A DNA stretch of 64,000 nt from Oopsacas minuta. Taxonomy: Eukaryota; Animalia; Porifera. The notes beneath the pieces are model-generated. The model was not told the DNA's origin. It saw nothing but the letters and a program-made list of their open reading frames with translations, and did no database searches. The first letter of the stretch is position 1. Every line of letters starts with the position of its first letter. Positions 13,862-26,110 of the stretch are shown in pieces. The translations under genes and the position numbers were made by a program. The stretch lies in NCBI GenBank assembly GCA_024704765.1, contig JAKMXF010000222.1:1554400-1618399 (forward strand). The letters are read 5' to 3'.

Positions 13862-14453
13862 CAGGGTGACCAGATGGCTTCGTTATAAAAAAAAGGACAC
13901 TTTTCTGTGATATACAATGTATACGTAAATCACTGAACATTGAACAATGACAATACAGTCGACTCCGGTTAATCGGACCACTTTTGTCCAGAGTAAAGTG
14001 GTCCGATTATCCGGAGTGTCCGATTAACCGAAAAATGTTAAATATTAATCCTGGATTAGATTAGATTCCGTCCAGGAGAAAATGGTCCGATTAACCGAAT
14101 TGTCCGATTAACCAGTGGTCCGATTAACCGGAGTCGACTGTATATACTAATTTATGAAAATTGATATTACATCAATAAAGTAAGGAAATACAACAGAATT
14201 AGTATTATTGTTATCCAATATGTAATAAAAGTAGGTAAGAATAATGAAGCCGACTTATGAATTATAGATTCTGAAGAGAGAATCAATAAGGGTATACGAT
14301 AAGTTACAATCCACTCTGTGTATTTCCGTGTTAATTAATTAAAGAGTCATTAGAATCTAGAGTAAAAAAAGGGCAAAAAGGACAAAAAGGACAAAAAGGG
14401 ACAGATTGAAATAAAAGGACACGTTGTCCAAAAAAGGGCGTCTGGTCACCCTG
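13862..14453. mobile_element. Non-autonomous hAT element with perfect 8-bp TSD
   Basis: TIRs cagggtgaccagatg / cgtctggtcaccctg. Flanked by ATACAAAG at 13854-13861 and 14454-14461. Confidence 0.9.
13956..14140. mobile_element. Tigger/pogo-type MITE nested in the hAT element
   Basis: TIR cagtcgactccggttaatcggacc perfectly inverted at both ends. TA on both flanks; internal gtccgattaacc subrepeats. Confidence 0.9.
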
Positions 14454-16529
14454 ATACAAAGCCTAGATGTAATTGAAACATATCTATAGGGTATTTATAG
14501 CTTTATCATGTTTAGCTGTTTCAAAACTGTGACAAGAGATTGTCTACCAAGTCGCAAGTATGTTGTAACTCGATTGACTACTAGTTACAACATACTTGCG
14601 ACTTAGAGATTCTCATTTGAGTATATCTTTCATAACAGTGAGGATTATTTTGTTGATTAGAATATCGGTACAAAGGAAACTCAAAGGACTGATGCCGATG
14701 ATCCAATGTTCAGGGTATTAATAATTATATGAGAATTCTTATTTTTAGAATATATCTGAGGTTTTAAATAATATCATCCTCTTTTGATTTATAAACAAAA
14801 TATTTAATGACGCGCCAGAACTTGAACTTACCTACCTCGAGTAATAATCACCTGTGGCTAATATGACAGATTTCTTCTATAAATTATTTTTTGTAAAAAT
14901 ACAAGTTTTGGTTGATATAGATTTTATTTTTTGTTTCAGGAGATAAAAATTTACTGATAGTGAATGTATAATTTAATATTTTATCAATGAATAATCGTAG
15001 GTGTAAGCCAGATCAATCACCTGGTGGAATTAATACAATTCCTCATCAATTAATTGAAACAGTCGCGTGATTGGTATATAATTTTGTATTAGTTCTACAT
15101 TATGAGATAGCTCATTATTACGTATCTTTTCGGGGCTTTCAATGATTTTACGAGGTCCGAAGTCAAACAATAATATCCCTGAATTCTGATAATCAATGTG
15201 CGCATGGTTGATCTAATCTACTCCAATTTTGGATGTTTGATTTTATTATACGCTACACATATTCTCAGATATATTTCATCATTTTTACTGAGAAAAATGC
15301 TTACTCAATTTCCCATAATATATTTATAGATATAGATATACGTTATTTGAGGCTCAAATCATTTACTGTTCATTTAAGTTATGTCGTCATAAAAGATGAG
15401 ATATTATATTTCATAGGTCCAGTCATTTCTGGTCCTAATTATCAAGACTTACAAACGAGGAATAATTTTGAAAAATAATACAATCAATGAATAAAACTCA
15501 CCCAGATTATCGTATAAAAGTGTCTTCAGATAGCCAGCGACCATCCCATTTTCTATCGAACTCATTTAAATGTGTACCTGAAAAAAGCAAAAATCTAATT
15601 CAATGTATATAGTTAGCAAAATCTTTGTTTTTTGAGTAACCTAATAAGGTGTGATATATTGTTTTATAGTTTCTCAATAGGCAAAGACATAGCAAGTAGA
15701 GAAGCTAGTTTCATTGAACTTTTTATTGTTAAATGTGATATGTTGGTAAAGCATACTAGATCGTGGCTTTCCTTTGGCTTATGCGTATCAAGTGACCATT
15801 TATTATTTAAAATTTTATTGTATTCCTGTTTATTAAATCATGCTCTTTCTACGTGAATGGTTAGAAATATTAGAGATTTTGGAATTAATTCACTATCTAC
15901 ACATATTTATTATTCATAATGCACCGTAATGATATGTAGAGCATTTCGTAGAATAAGTCTAAAATGAAGAATTTTTAGCCTACGTAATTTGTTTGGTTTC
16001 GGATAGAAATGATCCATAATATACAGACGAAAGGTTTGGCCAGGATATCTGAGCATTTGCTATTAAATCAATATATGCCTAACATCACGATTTTTTGTCA
16101 CTAATTGTTAGAATGTTTTATTGAATACTAACTACCATTACTGTCATATTTAAGTATACAACGAATCCATACATACTAGAGTCCATGTGATTTGATTCAT
16201 ACCAAAGATACATCATAAAAATTAATATTCAAATGTAAACAATTCTAATAATTATCCATATTCCATATAATGCGACAAAAGATTATTAGACACAAGATAC
16301 AGGCCCAGTATTAATTACAACAATACATACGAGATCCTTGCTGTGTTTACTATAACAATTTGTAAAATTTTCACTCAAAATGAATGAATGAACTTCAATG
16401 AAGCTGTTTAGTTCATATAAGTCCTGTTAGATAACTTGTGGGATCATTGGTTGCACACAATAATACATATGTAATTACGAGCCTTTGGCTCGTCGCTTTG
16501 CGATGAACTCGGCGCATTGCGCCTCGAGA

Positions 16530-17212
16530 TATTCAACAAACAAACAAACAACAATTGAGATTTGATAATATTGATGTTGTTTACAGTATTCAGACTCAGC
16601 ATACTCGATTACCCCCGTATCGTCGTTGAAAGCATGTTTCCACAACAATTTTGAAATTTGTTTACTTTATTACCTAAAAGTAAACAAATATTCACAATAT
16701 GTTGTTTACAATACCATATTCGGACTCAGCATACTCGAATACCCCAGGATAGCCTTTGAAAGTATGATTCTACCTCAATTTTGAAATTTGTTTGCTTTAT
16801 ATTCATAAAAATAACAATAAATTTACATATAAGAAACTTGAAATGCGAAATTCGGATTCAGTGTACTTACTTACCCCTGGGTAGCCGTTTAGAGCAAGCC
16901 TGTACGTATATATTGAGATTTGGCTAATTTGTTTACTTTATATTCATAAAAACAACAATATATTTATATATGATTAATGCAAAAGTGTGAAAATCGGATT
17001 CAGCATGTTCGATATATTTGCTAAGGGAGATGTTGATATTTGGAACATGTCAACATCTCCCTTAGCATATTTACTGAAGTTCATTGAATTCTATTAACTT
17101 CTTTGTTAAAAACGATAAATACATAGTTCTGCTACAATTTCAGAATTGCATACCGTAAATCCTTCTCTTGACAACGGACAAACAAACAATCATTGAGATT
17201 TAATAATATAGA
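16530..17212 (-). mobile_element. Non-autonomous Helitron-like element(s) with ~4 tandem ~115-bp internal units
   Basis: The minus-strand start reads A|TCTATATTATTAAATCTCAATGATTGTTTGTTTGTCCGTTG (A|TC 5' junction, GTTT microsatellite). Tandem imperfect units at 16575-17010. A second head lies at ~16530-16572. Confidence 0.6.
17019..17067. repeat. Perfect 18-bp-arm hairpin with 13-nt loop, flanked by TATT direct repeats
   Basis: tgctaagggagatgttga (17019-36) and tcaacatctcccttagca (17050-67); TATT at 17015-18 and 17068-71. Confidence 0.8.
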
Positions 17213-17292
17213 TTAGTACGAATTTGCTGGCGATATCACTACAACATTGGAAATAAGGGGGTCGCGTCGTTAGTCCAAATTTCATATGTTTG

Positions 17293-17347
17293 TGTGAGTT
17301 GGATCTGGAGCAGGCTGTGAGTTGGATCTGGAGCAGGCTGTGAGTTG
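17293..17347. repeat. 23-bp tandem repeat, 2.4 copies
   Basis: tgtgagttggatctggagcaggc twice plus tgtgagttg; no spacers. Confidence 0.85.
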
Positions 17348-18889
17348 CTGAGAGTAATTAGATTCAAAACAACAAAAGTAAATGACTATATTTCTTCGCG
17401 ACGAAATTTCCCCGTTAATGCATGCATTCGATCACCAAAAATTTGGACTAATGATGTGAGGGCTCTGTTCGAGGCCATTTCCCGGAGCCCCCTGAAGCCA
17501 ATTCAAAGCCGTCACGGTTCGGCCACCTGTCCCCATTCCTTAATTTAGAATGCTTGTATTTATTGTATTCAAATTTTGCTATGTAAAATTCAACACTATA
17601 AGTAGTACCCCCTAGCTGAAGGCCTATTTCGCCCAGTGGCAGCGTGGCAGGACTTGTCCTCTCATTATTTAGTTGCACAAAATATATCATGAACATATAA
17701 TAACTATAATTACTCTATAAGATCAGCGTGCTTTCCTGGACGCAAAATCATTAATCAGGTCAGAAATGTTAATTGGACGCATTACTTCGCATTCGATACT
17801 CATCAGAGACAACCAGACGAGTCTGTCCTGACTAATGACGTTGAGTTTAGGGGCCCCCTAAATATGGGTGCCCTGTTCGGCCGCACACTCCGAACACTCC
17901 TAAATCCGGTACTGATTTGGACTAATGCATGCGCCTCGAAATAAGAAACAACCGCTTCTATACAGCTACAGACCATGGATGATAAATTCAAAATCAAATA
18001 GTATCGTATTCGTTCTAATTCAGGCGCTGTTAGCGCACCTGGCCTCTCGCAACAAAGCCGTGAGATTGGGAATTTCAGCATAAAAATGTACAGTGAAGAA
18101 TGATAAATGAGATACTTTTGATCATTGAAAAAAGCGTGAGGCTCACGGGTAAGGCGCGAGAGTTGGCATCTCAGCTGGCGGGTAACGGGAGTTTTCCCTG
18201 TCCTATTAAAAGGCACTGTCATTTTTTGGCCCTTGTATAATTATAGCTTACAGTTGCAGTTTGTCAAGAATCTGAGGTTGAGAAGCGGGACTAGTAGTTA
18301 GAATATCTAGTATTTGTCTGTAGTACTATGTAGCTATGTGACATGTGTGTATTTATCTATTTCTGTTGTTCTACGTCAGGGACGTCACCAGGATTTTGCA
18401 CCTAAGGGGGGGGGGCACGAAGTTTCCAGGGGGCAGGACGAGTGGCAAGGTGTTTTCACAGGTTTAGCAGGAGGAATGCCTAGTGGCTGATATATAAATT
18501 TTCTAGTTGGGTATAACCATACAGCTGGGTAGTGGCGTCGTGTGGCTTTGAAATCTGGGAGTGGCACAAATTCAATCTAGTGGGGCAACAAGTTCCAGAT
18601 GAGGGTCTATGGGCCTTGTAAACAATCAGTAAGGTCCTGAACAACAAGCTATAATTGCTACCACTTTAATTACCTTTCTATTGTCACGTAGGTTTGAAAA
18701 GTTTCTTATAACTGCGTAATACACATTTGGTTTGGATTATTTTCGGATTGACTTTTGCTTTGCGTACATTAATAAGATGAATAGATATGATACGTGTAAT
18801 CTATTACTCATTTACACTACATACCTGTATACCGTCTTGAGAGTCCCTTAATAATTCAAGTAATTTGCACTTTTATAATTCTGTGCAGG

Positions 18890-19350
18890 AGTCTGGAGAT
18901 TTGTATCAGAAGAATGACATATGTTGTACTCTTGATTATTGGAAAATGCTATTGTGATTATTTTAATCATTATTGCGCTTTTTGAGAGATCTTATTCTTG
19001 AGCGCCTTGCAGACATGATTTCCGAGCGGTTTACAAGAAAAGCTTTCAAAAATTTAAATCGTACTTGTGACCATGGGTGGCGATCCTGGATGGCAGTCGA
19101 CCCCCAATATAGGCTAACGCACCAGCCGAGTTAGTCCAGTTTCACCATCATAACTCTACTGATCCCATAGTCGGTGGGTGGGTGGCCCCAAGCAAACTTA
19201 GCATCCTGTTATTTGACTTGACATCAGAACATATAAACTCCTAGCAGAAATAGTAAGGAATTAAGATTGGCTCACTATTTGATCATATCTGAAACAGAGT
19301 TGCATACACACATATTATAATTATATACAATCATACTGTCCAACCTAGTA
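18890..19350 (+). pseudogene. Possible further decayed coding block (may continue the 11.3-16.5 kb pseudogene)
   Basis: After ctgtgcag the frame reads ESGDLYQKNDICCTLDYWKMLL*LF*SLLRFLRDLILERLADMISERFTRKAFKNLNRTCDHGWRSWMAVDPQYRLTH; protein-like but with stops. Confidence 0.3.
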
Positions 19351-19590
19351 GCTACTTCAAATCGGGATTTCTAACGTGGACCAGACCGGAAAGTTTGGGC
19401 CCAAAATTTGGACAGTTTTGACATATTTGTTCCGGATACAAAATGGTTCCGGCCGGAACTAATTTGTCATGATTTCTTCATTTAAATGTGGAGAAAATAG
19501 GTCAAATCGGCTTCCTACTGCTTGATACATGGCGGTCATAGTGAGTGGGCATATTTCCAGGTAGCAGGGATTGTTCAAATACTTTTAAGT

Positions 19591-20340
19591 TGTTTGTATA
19601 GATATTGAAACAGATTATTCGATAATAATTGCATCACTGAAGCTGTATGTGTTGAAAAAAGTGTGATTTCGTGTATGTATCAAGTCAATAACTGGCTCAT
19701 AGTGGTGATCGTAGTTTGATAAATATATTGCAAGTGTTGAAAAGCCATCATGTGTACTGTGATATCGATACCATCTTGACCCGCCTAACCTATCTTAATT
19801 ATTGTTGTGGAAGTTGGAAATGAAGATATCTACTCCAAGGATAGAGAACAGAGCTAAAATTTCGATGTCAGTACCCCATACTCAGCAGTAATGACAGGCA
19901 GTCAAGATGCTCATGTTAAGATTCGCGCTGAAGTATGTAACTACATAGCTGTCCAAGGATCAAGCTTCATTTCACGATACCTTGAATCAAAGTTCAACCC
20001 TTTCACACCTACTGAATATTTATTTCATTCTCAGATGGACCTTAGTAAAGTATGGGGTACTGACATCGAAATTTTAGCTCTGTTCTCTATCCTTGGAGTA
20101 GATATCTTCATTTCCAACTTCCACAACAATAATTAAGATAGGTTAGGCGGGTCAAGATGGTATCGATATCACAGTACACATGATGGCTTTTCAACACTTG
20201 CAATATATTTATCAAACTACGATCACCACTATGAGCCAGTTATTGACTTGATACATACACGAAATCACACTTTTTTCAACACATACAGCTTCAGTGATGC
20301 AATTATTATCGAATAATCTGTTTCAATATCTATACAAACA
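19591..20340. repeat. Perfect 292-bp inverted repeat with 166-bp spacer
   Basis: 19591-19882 is the exact reverse complement of 20049-20340, compared by eye along the full length with no mismatch found. Confidence 0.95.
19883..20320 (+). pseudogene. N-terminally truncated OTU-like cysteine protease fragment (transposon-type)
   Basis: SAVMTGSQDAHVKIRAEVCNYI..EYLFHSQMDLSKVWGTDIEILAL..LGVDIFI..*..WYRY..IYLSNYDHHYEPV. The WGxxxE and HY motifs of OTU are present. The catalytic GDGNC segment expected just upstream is replaced by the inverted arm. One in-frame TAA at 20134-36. Confidence 0.8.
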
Positions 20341-20621
20341 TATTTTATTCATCTGTGTCATAATAAGAAATCGTGAGGTGTAATCGGAACTAATTTCCGT
20401 ATATATAATCCAAGAAGTCATATAACAGTGGTAGCAATTCTGACACGCAACAGTACTATCATAGCCTTCTCTAATGAATTCTCTATGTAAGGCCTACCTA
20501 CCTACCTTCAGATGTACTTGGGATATATAGTGTTGTTTTGACACAATGGTCCCCCCTACTTTTCTATATAATTGTTAGTTTAGAGAAGAAGGATATATCT
20601 ACTAATTACCAAGAATGTCTA

Positions 20622-21450
20622 CTACACTTTAGAGATGGTAGTAAGTACATAAAATATACAATTAACACGACCAATAAATTTTCCTAATTTGTCTTTAAGC
20701 TTGGTTAGTTTGGGTCTTTCCATGCCATCGTAAGTGTACCATCCATCATCCATTTTGACTCTCATGCAAAAATGTATCCCAATATGAATTGTGAACCTGA
20801 TGAGTGAGTAATACAGCCTTTCATCTTTGTGCACTAGTGATAGAGTGTCAGAAATATCTTGTACTTGAACTACCTCATTAAGATGTCCAACTTCTATAAT
20901 CAACAAAGGCACTAGTTCAGTAAACTCATATAACCTTGGCTCAGTGTTGGCGAATGGATCCCGGCATTTCAAGCAATTGAAACTAGAATCAATTTAATTA
21001 TTGATGGATGATTGGCAGTTGGAGTTGAATGTTGTTAGAGAGGTGAGATTAAGAATTTTTCTGACTCGTAACAACCCCCCCAGCACTGAAAAACGATCTT
21101 ATAGCGGTCTGAATACAAGGAAAATTTCTTACATAAGAGTTGAACTATCTGACCTCCATAGTCTAAGAGGTTGTAACTACAATTTGAGAGCTGGATTCCT
21201 AGCATTTGAGCTATCCACAACCTTGGACCATCAAACTGATGAGCTCGTATTAATGAAAAGGCTTTCTGGAGTAGTGAGTTAGGAGAAGATTGAATCTTCA
21301 GAAATGTAGTGTCAAATGTCTTTTGGTGTAAACTGAGTAATGTAATGATATTGTCTAATGAACAAGTATTTACTAACTCAATTCCATCATAATGTCCTCC
21401 CCAAGTAGCAGTAGAGTCCTCTAGAGAGCATCCTGAATCTACAGCAGTGT
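20622..21450 (-). pseudogene. USP/USPL1-like papain-fold isopeptidase domain at the C-terminus of the Ginger ORF
   Basis: Cys box WGG..LVNTCSLDNII (Cys 21362-64); Cys pairs QCWGGC and CLKC; His box YSLIRFTIHIGIHF (His 20772-74) followed by GWYTYDG (Asp 20727-29). One stop at 21035 and a frameshift near 20990-21030. Confidence 0.7.
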
Positions 21451-21996
21451 TTAGTCAAGTAGATAGATTTTCTAAGGTATGATAGTTTATTATTAACTCG
21501 TTTAATACCAGCTGCAATACTTTCGTAGAGTAATTCATACTTTTCTGTTGCGAGTATGTAGAAAATTTGAAATCTTCATCAGTGTACTGTTAATAAGGTA
21601 TCTCGATTTCATGACTCTCTAAGTACCACTGACTTAGTATATCGCCCATTTCCTGACTTGTATCAAAGTCCATTAGTTTCAATTCTGGAATTTCAGTTGG
21701 TCGAAAATGTTCTTGTCGCCAGTCAAATATTCGCGGAAAGGAAGGTCTACCCTTTTATCAAGTTCGCTGTGAAGGTTGGAGAATGGATTTCCAGATGTAA
21801 TGGAGTCTTGTATTTTACTTTTCATTGAGTTCAGAAATTCAAACACTTCTTCTCTTGTTTTTCTAGTGGTGTTAGTCTGAAAGATCGATTCTTCGGCACC
21901 TCTAAAAGGAGATGATGGAATTAGGATATCTTCAGAGAAAGGACCATCATTACTGAGGGTATCCAAACGCTGAAATTTACTTGGCGGAGTTTCTCT

Positions 21997-22125
<129 letters not shown>

Positions 22126-22150
22126 CCGTCTTTTCAAAAGTTTCAGTATA

Positions 22151-23483
22151 CAGGGTGTTTCACAATTGATGTCGTGTTATACAATATTACATAACTAATA
22201 GAATACTAGATATATTACTACAATTATTTGCCAATATATCCACCACTAAGTTCAATACACTTATGGATTCGTTTTGGCATTCCATCCATCAATTTGTCCA
22301 AAACCTCTGGTGAAATATTGGACCATGCTGTTTTCAGTCGATTTTCCAACATTTTTATGTCTTTATCTCACCTATTGAATCTAGATCATCTTTCAAAATC
22401 GACCATATGTTCTCAATGGGACTCAAGTCTGGAGAGTTGGCTGGCCAGGTACCTTTCGCCCAAAAACTCTTTAGGTTACTTCTCAACCAATTTTGTGTCA
22501 TGTTTGCCGTGTGAGCTGGAGCCATCTTGTTGAAATATCGCACGGGACATATTTTTTAACATTTTCCTCTCAACAACTGTGCCTCTTTCTCGCTTTCTGT
22601 TCATTGTAGACATTAAAGTTTTACCCAGTATCTCACTAACATAGTACTCTGCAGATACAGTTTGTCCAACGGGAATGAAATGTAACTCCGACAGTGCACG
22701 ATGTGACATCATACCCCATACTTGAATTTTCTTTGGAAATTTCACCATCTGAACGGGCTCGACATCCAATGCGTTTCTCGCCCAAACACAATCATTTTTC
22801 CTGTTTGGGGGATGATTTAACTCAAACGGTGATTCATCTGTAAATAATATGTTTTTCCAATCATTTGCTGTCCAATTGACACGTTCTTTACAAAATTTTA
22901 ACCTAGCAGCCATGTTTTTCTCTGTTATTAACGGCTGCCGCTGGCGTTTGTAAGATTTTACGCCCTTTTCTTTTGTCAAATAACGGTACACTGTACTCTG
23001 AGATACGGAATGACCTTTCAACTTTAATTTCTTGGATAGACCACGTACAGACTGTCGTTTTTTGCCAATTGATTTAGTAATTACAATCTTGGCAACTTTC
23101 GATATGGACGATTTACGGCCACGTCCCCCTTTGTTTTCTAATGTCAAATCATTCTTGAAAAGTCGCCACCAACGCTGAACTGTACGGATATTAACTCCAA
23201 GTTTAAGAGACACAAACTTCTGAGAAGAGCCAGCTTGTAGCATGCCAACAGCCTGTGAGCGAATCATGATACTGTATTCTTTCACCATTATATTATGCAA
23301 ATAATTAGCCCAATTTGGATATGGAAATAGAAGCTATAAAATGTTTCGATTGATGAATGAAATAATTACTCAATGGAACCCTGTAAGATTAATTACGATT
23401 GCAAGTTTAAATACACAGATATTATTGCATGGGTGCATAATAAACAAATTTAGAAAATACGACATCAATTGTGAAACACCCTG
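22151..23483 (-). mobile_element. Tc1-like transposon (probably DD37E), defective, nested in Ginger
   Basis: TIR cagggtgtttcacaattgatgtcgt at both ends; TA at 22149-50 and 23484-85. Transposase 23288-22224 with HTH, GRGRK, FTDES, QQDG(APAH), WPANSPDLSPIENIW; frameshifts near 22520 and 22355. Confidence 0.93.
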
Positions 23484-26110
23484 TAGATCTCTTAACAAGC
23501 TGTAGAGAGTGATTTCGAAGTACTTGGACAGTAGTACGGTTGACTTTAGTAACTGGATATGGACCGAGCCATCTATCTTGTAACTTTCCTCTTTTCTTGT
23601 TTCGATACATATTTTCGATCAAAACATTATCTCCATTCTCAATTTTACTAAAGGCGATTGGATTTACTTTCTTGTCGTATTGTTGTTTCATGAGAGTTTG
23701 TGAATGTGAGAGGTGTTCTCCAGCTTTGTTGCTATTAAACTCTTGAGTTTCCTGCATGAAAAAATCAACGAGTTCTTCAATCTGGTCGTCTCCGGTCCAC
23801 TCATCTAGAGCTAAATCTTCTGGATATTGATGAGTTAAGTTCTGTGCTTGAATAGGAAGTCGAAGTTTCCGTGAACCGTGGATTTGCTCAAAGCAGAGAA
23901 GGATGGAGTTGTTCTTGGCCTGATATTGATTGCAAAGGTTATTTCTTCAAGGGAATTTGACCATTTTTCATGTTTTTTAACCAAAGATCGTTTGATAGCC
24001 TTGTGTGATGACTCGACTAATCCGTTTGTTTGAGGATGATAGGTCGTTGAGAATTAAAGCTTACAGTTATAATCTTCATGCAATGCTTTGGATATTTTAT
24101 TAGTAAATTCTGTGCCGTTGTCACTAATTATTTGAACAGGTGCCCCTTGCCAACAATATATCGAGTAAATACCTTTGGAGACCTCTTTAGCTTCTTTAGA
24201 GTGTAATGGACCTGTTTCAATCCACTTGGTAAAATGGTCGATTATTGACAAATATACTTGTAGCCGTTTGATTCAATAAGTGGCCCCCATTAAGTCCATC
24301 CCGACTCGATACCAGACCTTGGTGACAATAGGTAAAGGCTTCAATCGATTTGTGGGCGCTTTCAAACTTGGTTGGTTTTTCTGACAACTTATACAAGAGT
24401 AAACATATCTTTCGACATCTTTGTACATGCTTGGCCAATAGTAACCGTCTTTTGAAATATTATAGGAATATCTAGAACATTGGTGACCAGAGTTATCATG
24501 GTTCCTTGAGGATATCTTTTAACTCACTGTCTCGGACAACTATTAAACGAATGCCTTGTGATGGTCGAATCAACTTACCTGCTTCAAACTCGTAACTAGC
24601 AGCCTTTTACGAATTATCCTCTTTTGGTCTGTTCAAGAAATTGGGTATGATTTGGAGTTGATGTAAGTAGAGATTGTTTCATATTCTATTGTATCCATTC
24701 TGTAGAAAAGTAGAACGGATTTTAAGCTAACAACATAGGGATAATTAAATAAGAGCCAAAATTCAGATCTCATAAGGTTAAGGTAATAATTAGATAATAT
24801 AAATCCAGATAAAAACCGGATTACATAGAAAAGTAGTGGGGGGACCATTTTTGTCAAAACAGTGTGTACGGTAAATATTATATTAGTATACAGAATGGTT
24901 TCGTATCGGACTAACAGTACTATTATGCCTAAGTAAATGTATAGAACATCATGCCTCCAAACCAAAAGTAAAAAATTTCAAAATATGGCAATTTCTTTGC
25001 TTAGTAAGCATTATTTGGAGAAAATGGGCCAATCTTTGATGAGATGTAGAAAGTTAAACATAGCCTATTTGATTTCAAAGTTACTGTGCGAAATGATGTA
25101 AAGATGCTTTTGTAAAACATATAAACATTTGTCACAATACAGTTGGCAATGTTCTTGAGTTACAGTACTCATTTGTCAATATCTAATTATCAGTCGAACC
25201 CTTAATGATATAACAAAATTCACCATTGCCGATTTATATTATGTGCCCGATTTCCCATACCCTTATAATACATTTTGATATGATATCTCCTACGACAATG
25301 ACGAAATCCTAAATATTACCATATTTGTATTATTGATGACTGCAATAATTCTTGTATCCTATCAAAATGTATTATATGGGTAGTGAAATCGGCATATCCT
25401 ATAAATCGGCAGTGGTGAGTTTTATTATATCATTGAGGGTTTTTGACTGATAAATAGCACATTTTTTGCTTTTTGGTTGGAGACATGATGATCTACATAT
25501 CTGTAATACATTTATTTGGGCATAATAGTACTGTTTGTGTGATATGAAACCATTCTGTATACTAATACAATATTAATCGTGCCCTACTATATCCCTAGCC
25601 CCAAAATTCGAGGTTGATGGTAGGCCTTATATAGAGAAGACGTGGTACTATGAATAACTGTATATGTTATGTCGAATTTGGAAAATTCAATTTGCAAAAC
25701 CAACATATTAACCAATTACTGCCGAAGTGGCACGTTCGTAACGAAAAGGAAGACTAATAGTTACCACTTCGTTTTAACCAATTCTCTCACCCAAATGGCC
25801 AAATCGAGATTTAGCACCTTTTTGACGTCATAAAATCACAGATTTTCCCGGCCGTATTCGGTTAAATATTGATTTTGCCTATAATATCGCTAATCCATGA
25901 AAATCTGCTTCTACAACTTCAGAGAGACTACAAGAAACACATTCCTCTTTCCTTGCAAATTCGATACCTGAATAATTATATCGATTTTGCAAATTCGACA
26001 GAATTATACATAAAGTTTTCTGTGCAAATTTACATGATTTTGAGATTTAAATTCTGATCTATAATAAATCAATAATTTTGTGTTATGTGTCAATTTACAG
26101 GTAATAATAT

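Larger units (their letters stand above)
11330..16480 (+). pseudogene. Probable decayed multi-exon gene of unknown family
   Basis: Alternating GC-richer blocks and short AT-rich gt..ag segments with compatible phases, e.g. RIPREREICVKFS*LELLSY|SSVNEASVKWLPQLFIKLLHNCYVFE (11335-11507), 12570-12745, 12805-13020, 13337-13412, 14660-14713, 15680-15860. Many in-frame stops and some frameshifts; interrupted by hAT and Helitron-like inserts. No homologue recognised. Confidence 0.45.

Noticed and set aside
17293-17347. CRISPR-like array (also considered for the ~115-bp units at 16575-17010)
   Set aside because: The repeats are directly tandem with no unique spacers, no cas genes are present, and the context is eukaryotic.
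17750-18240. GC-richer block with ORF 17803..18222 and weak gag-like words (QPDESV, LTGKARE) on the plus strand
   Set aside because: The motifs are in different frames and the wrong order, and no termini were found; probably TE debris, but not supportable as a call.
11330-19350. Alternative genetic code, U-to-C editing, selenocysteine or RIP-like hypermutation explaining the many stops
   Set aside because: All intact genes here use standard stops. The relic also has frameshifts and TE insertions, all three stop types occur, CpA is not obviously depleted, and stop density in some blocks is near random.
19591-20340. Hairpin unit as a Ginger-mobilised mini-element because it starts TGT and ends ACA
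   Set aside because: The flanks AAGT and TATT are not a 4-bp TSD, and the arms are OTU coding sequence rather than TIR sequence.
25869-26057. 62-aa ORF upstream of the RNA ligase as an in-frame 5' coding exon
   Set aside because: The segment between the acceptor at 26100 and the ATG at 26111 has in-frame stops (taa taa), and the ORF has no recognisable motif.
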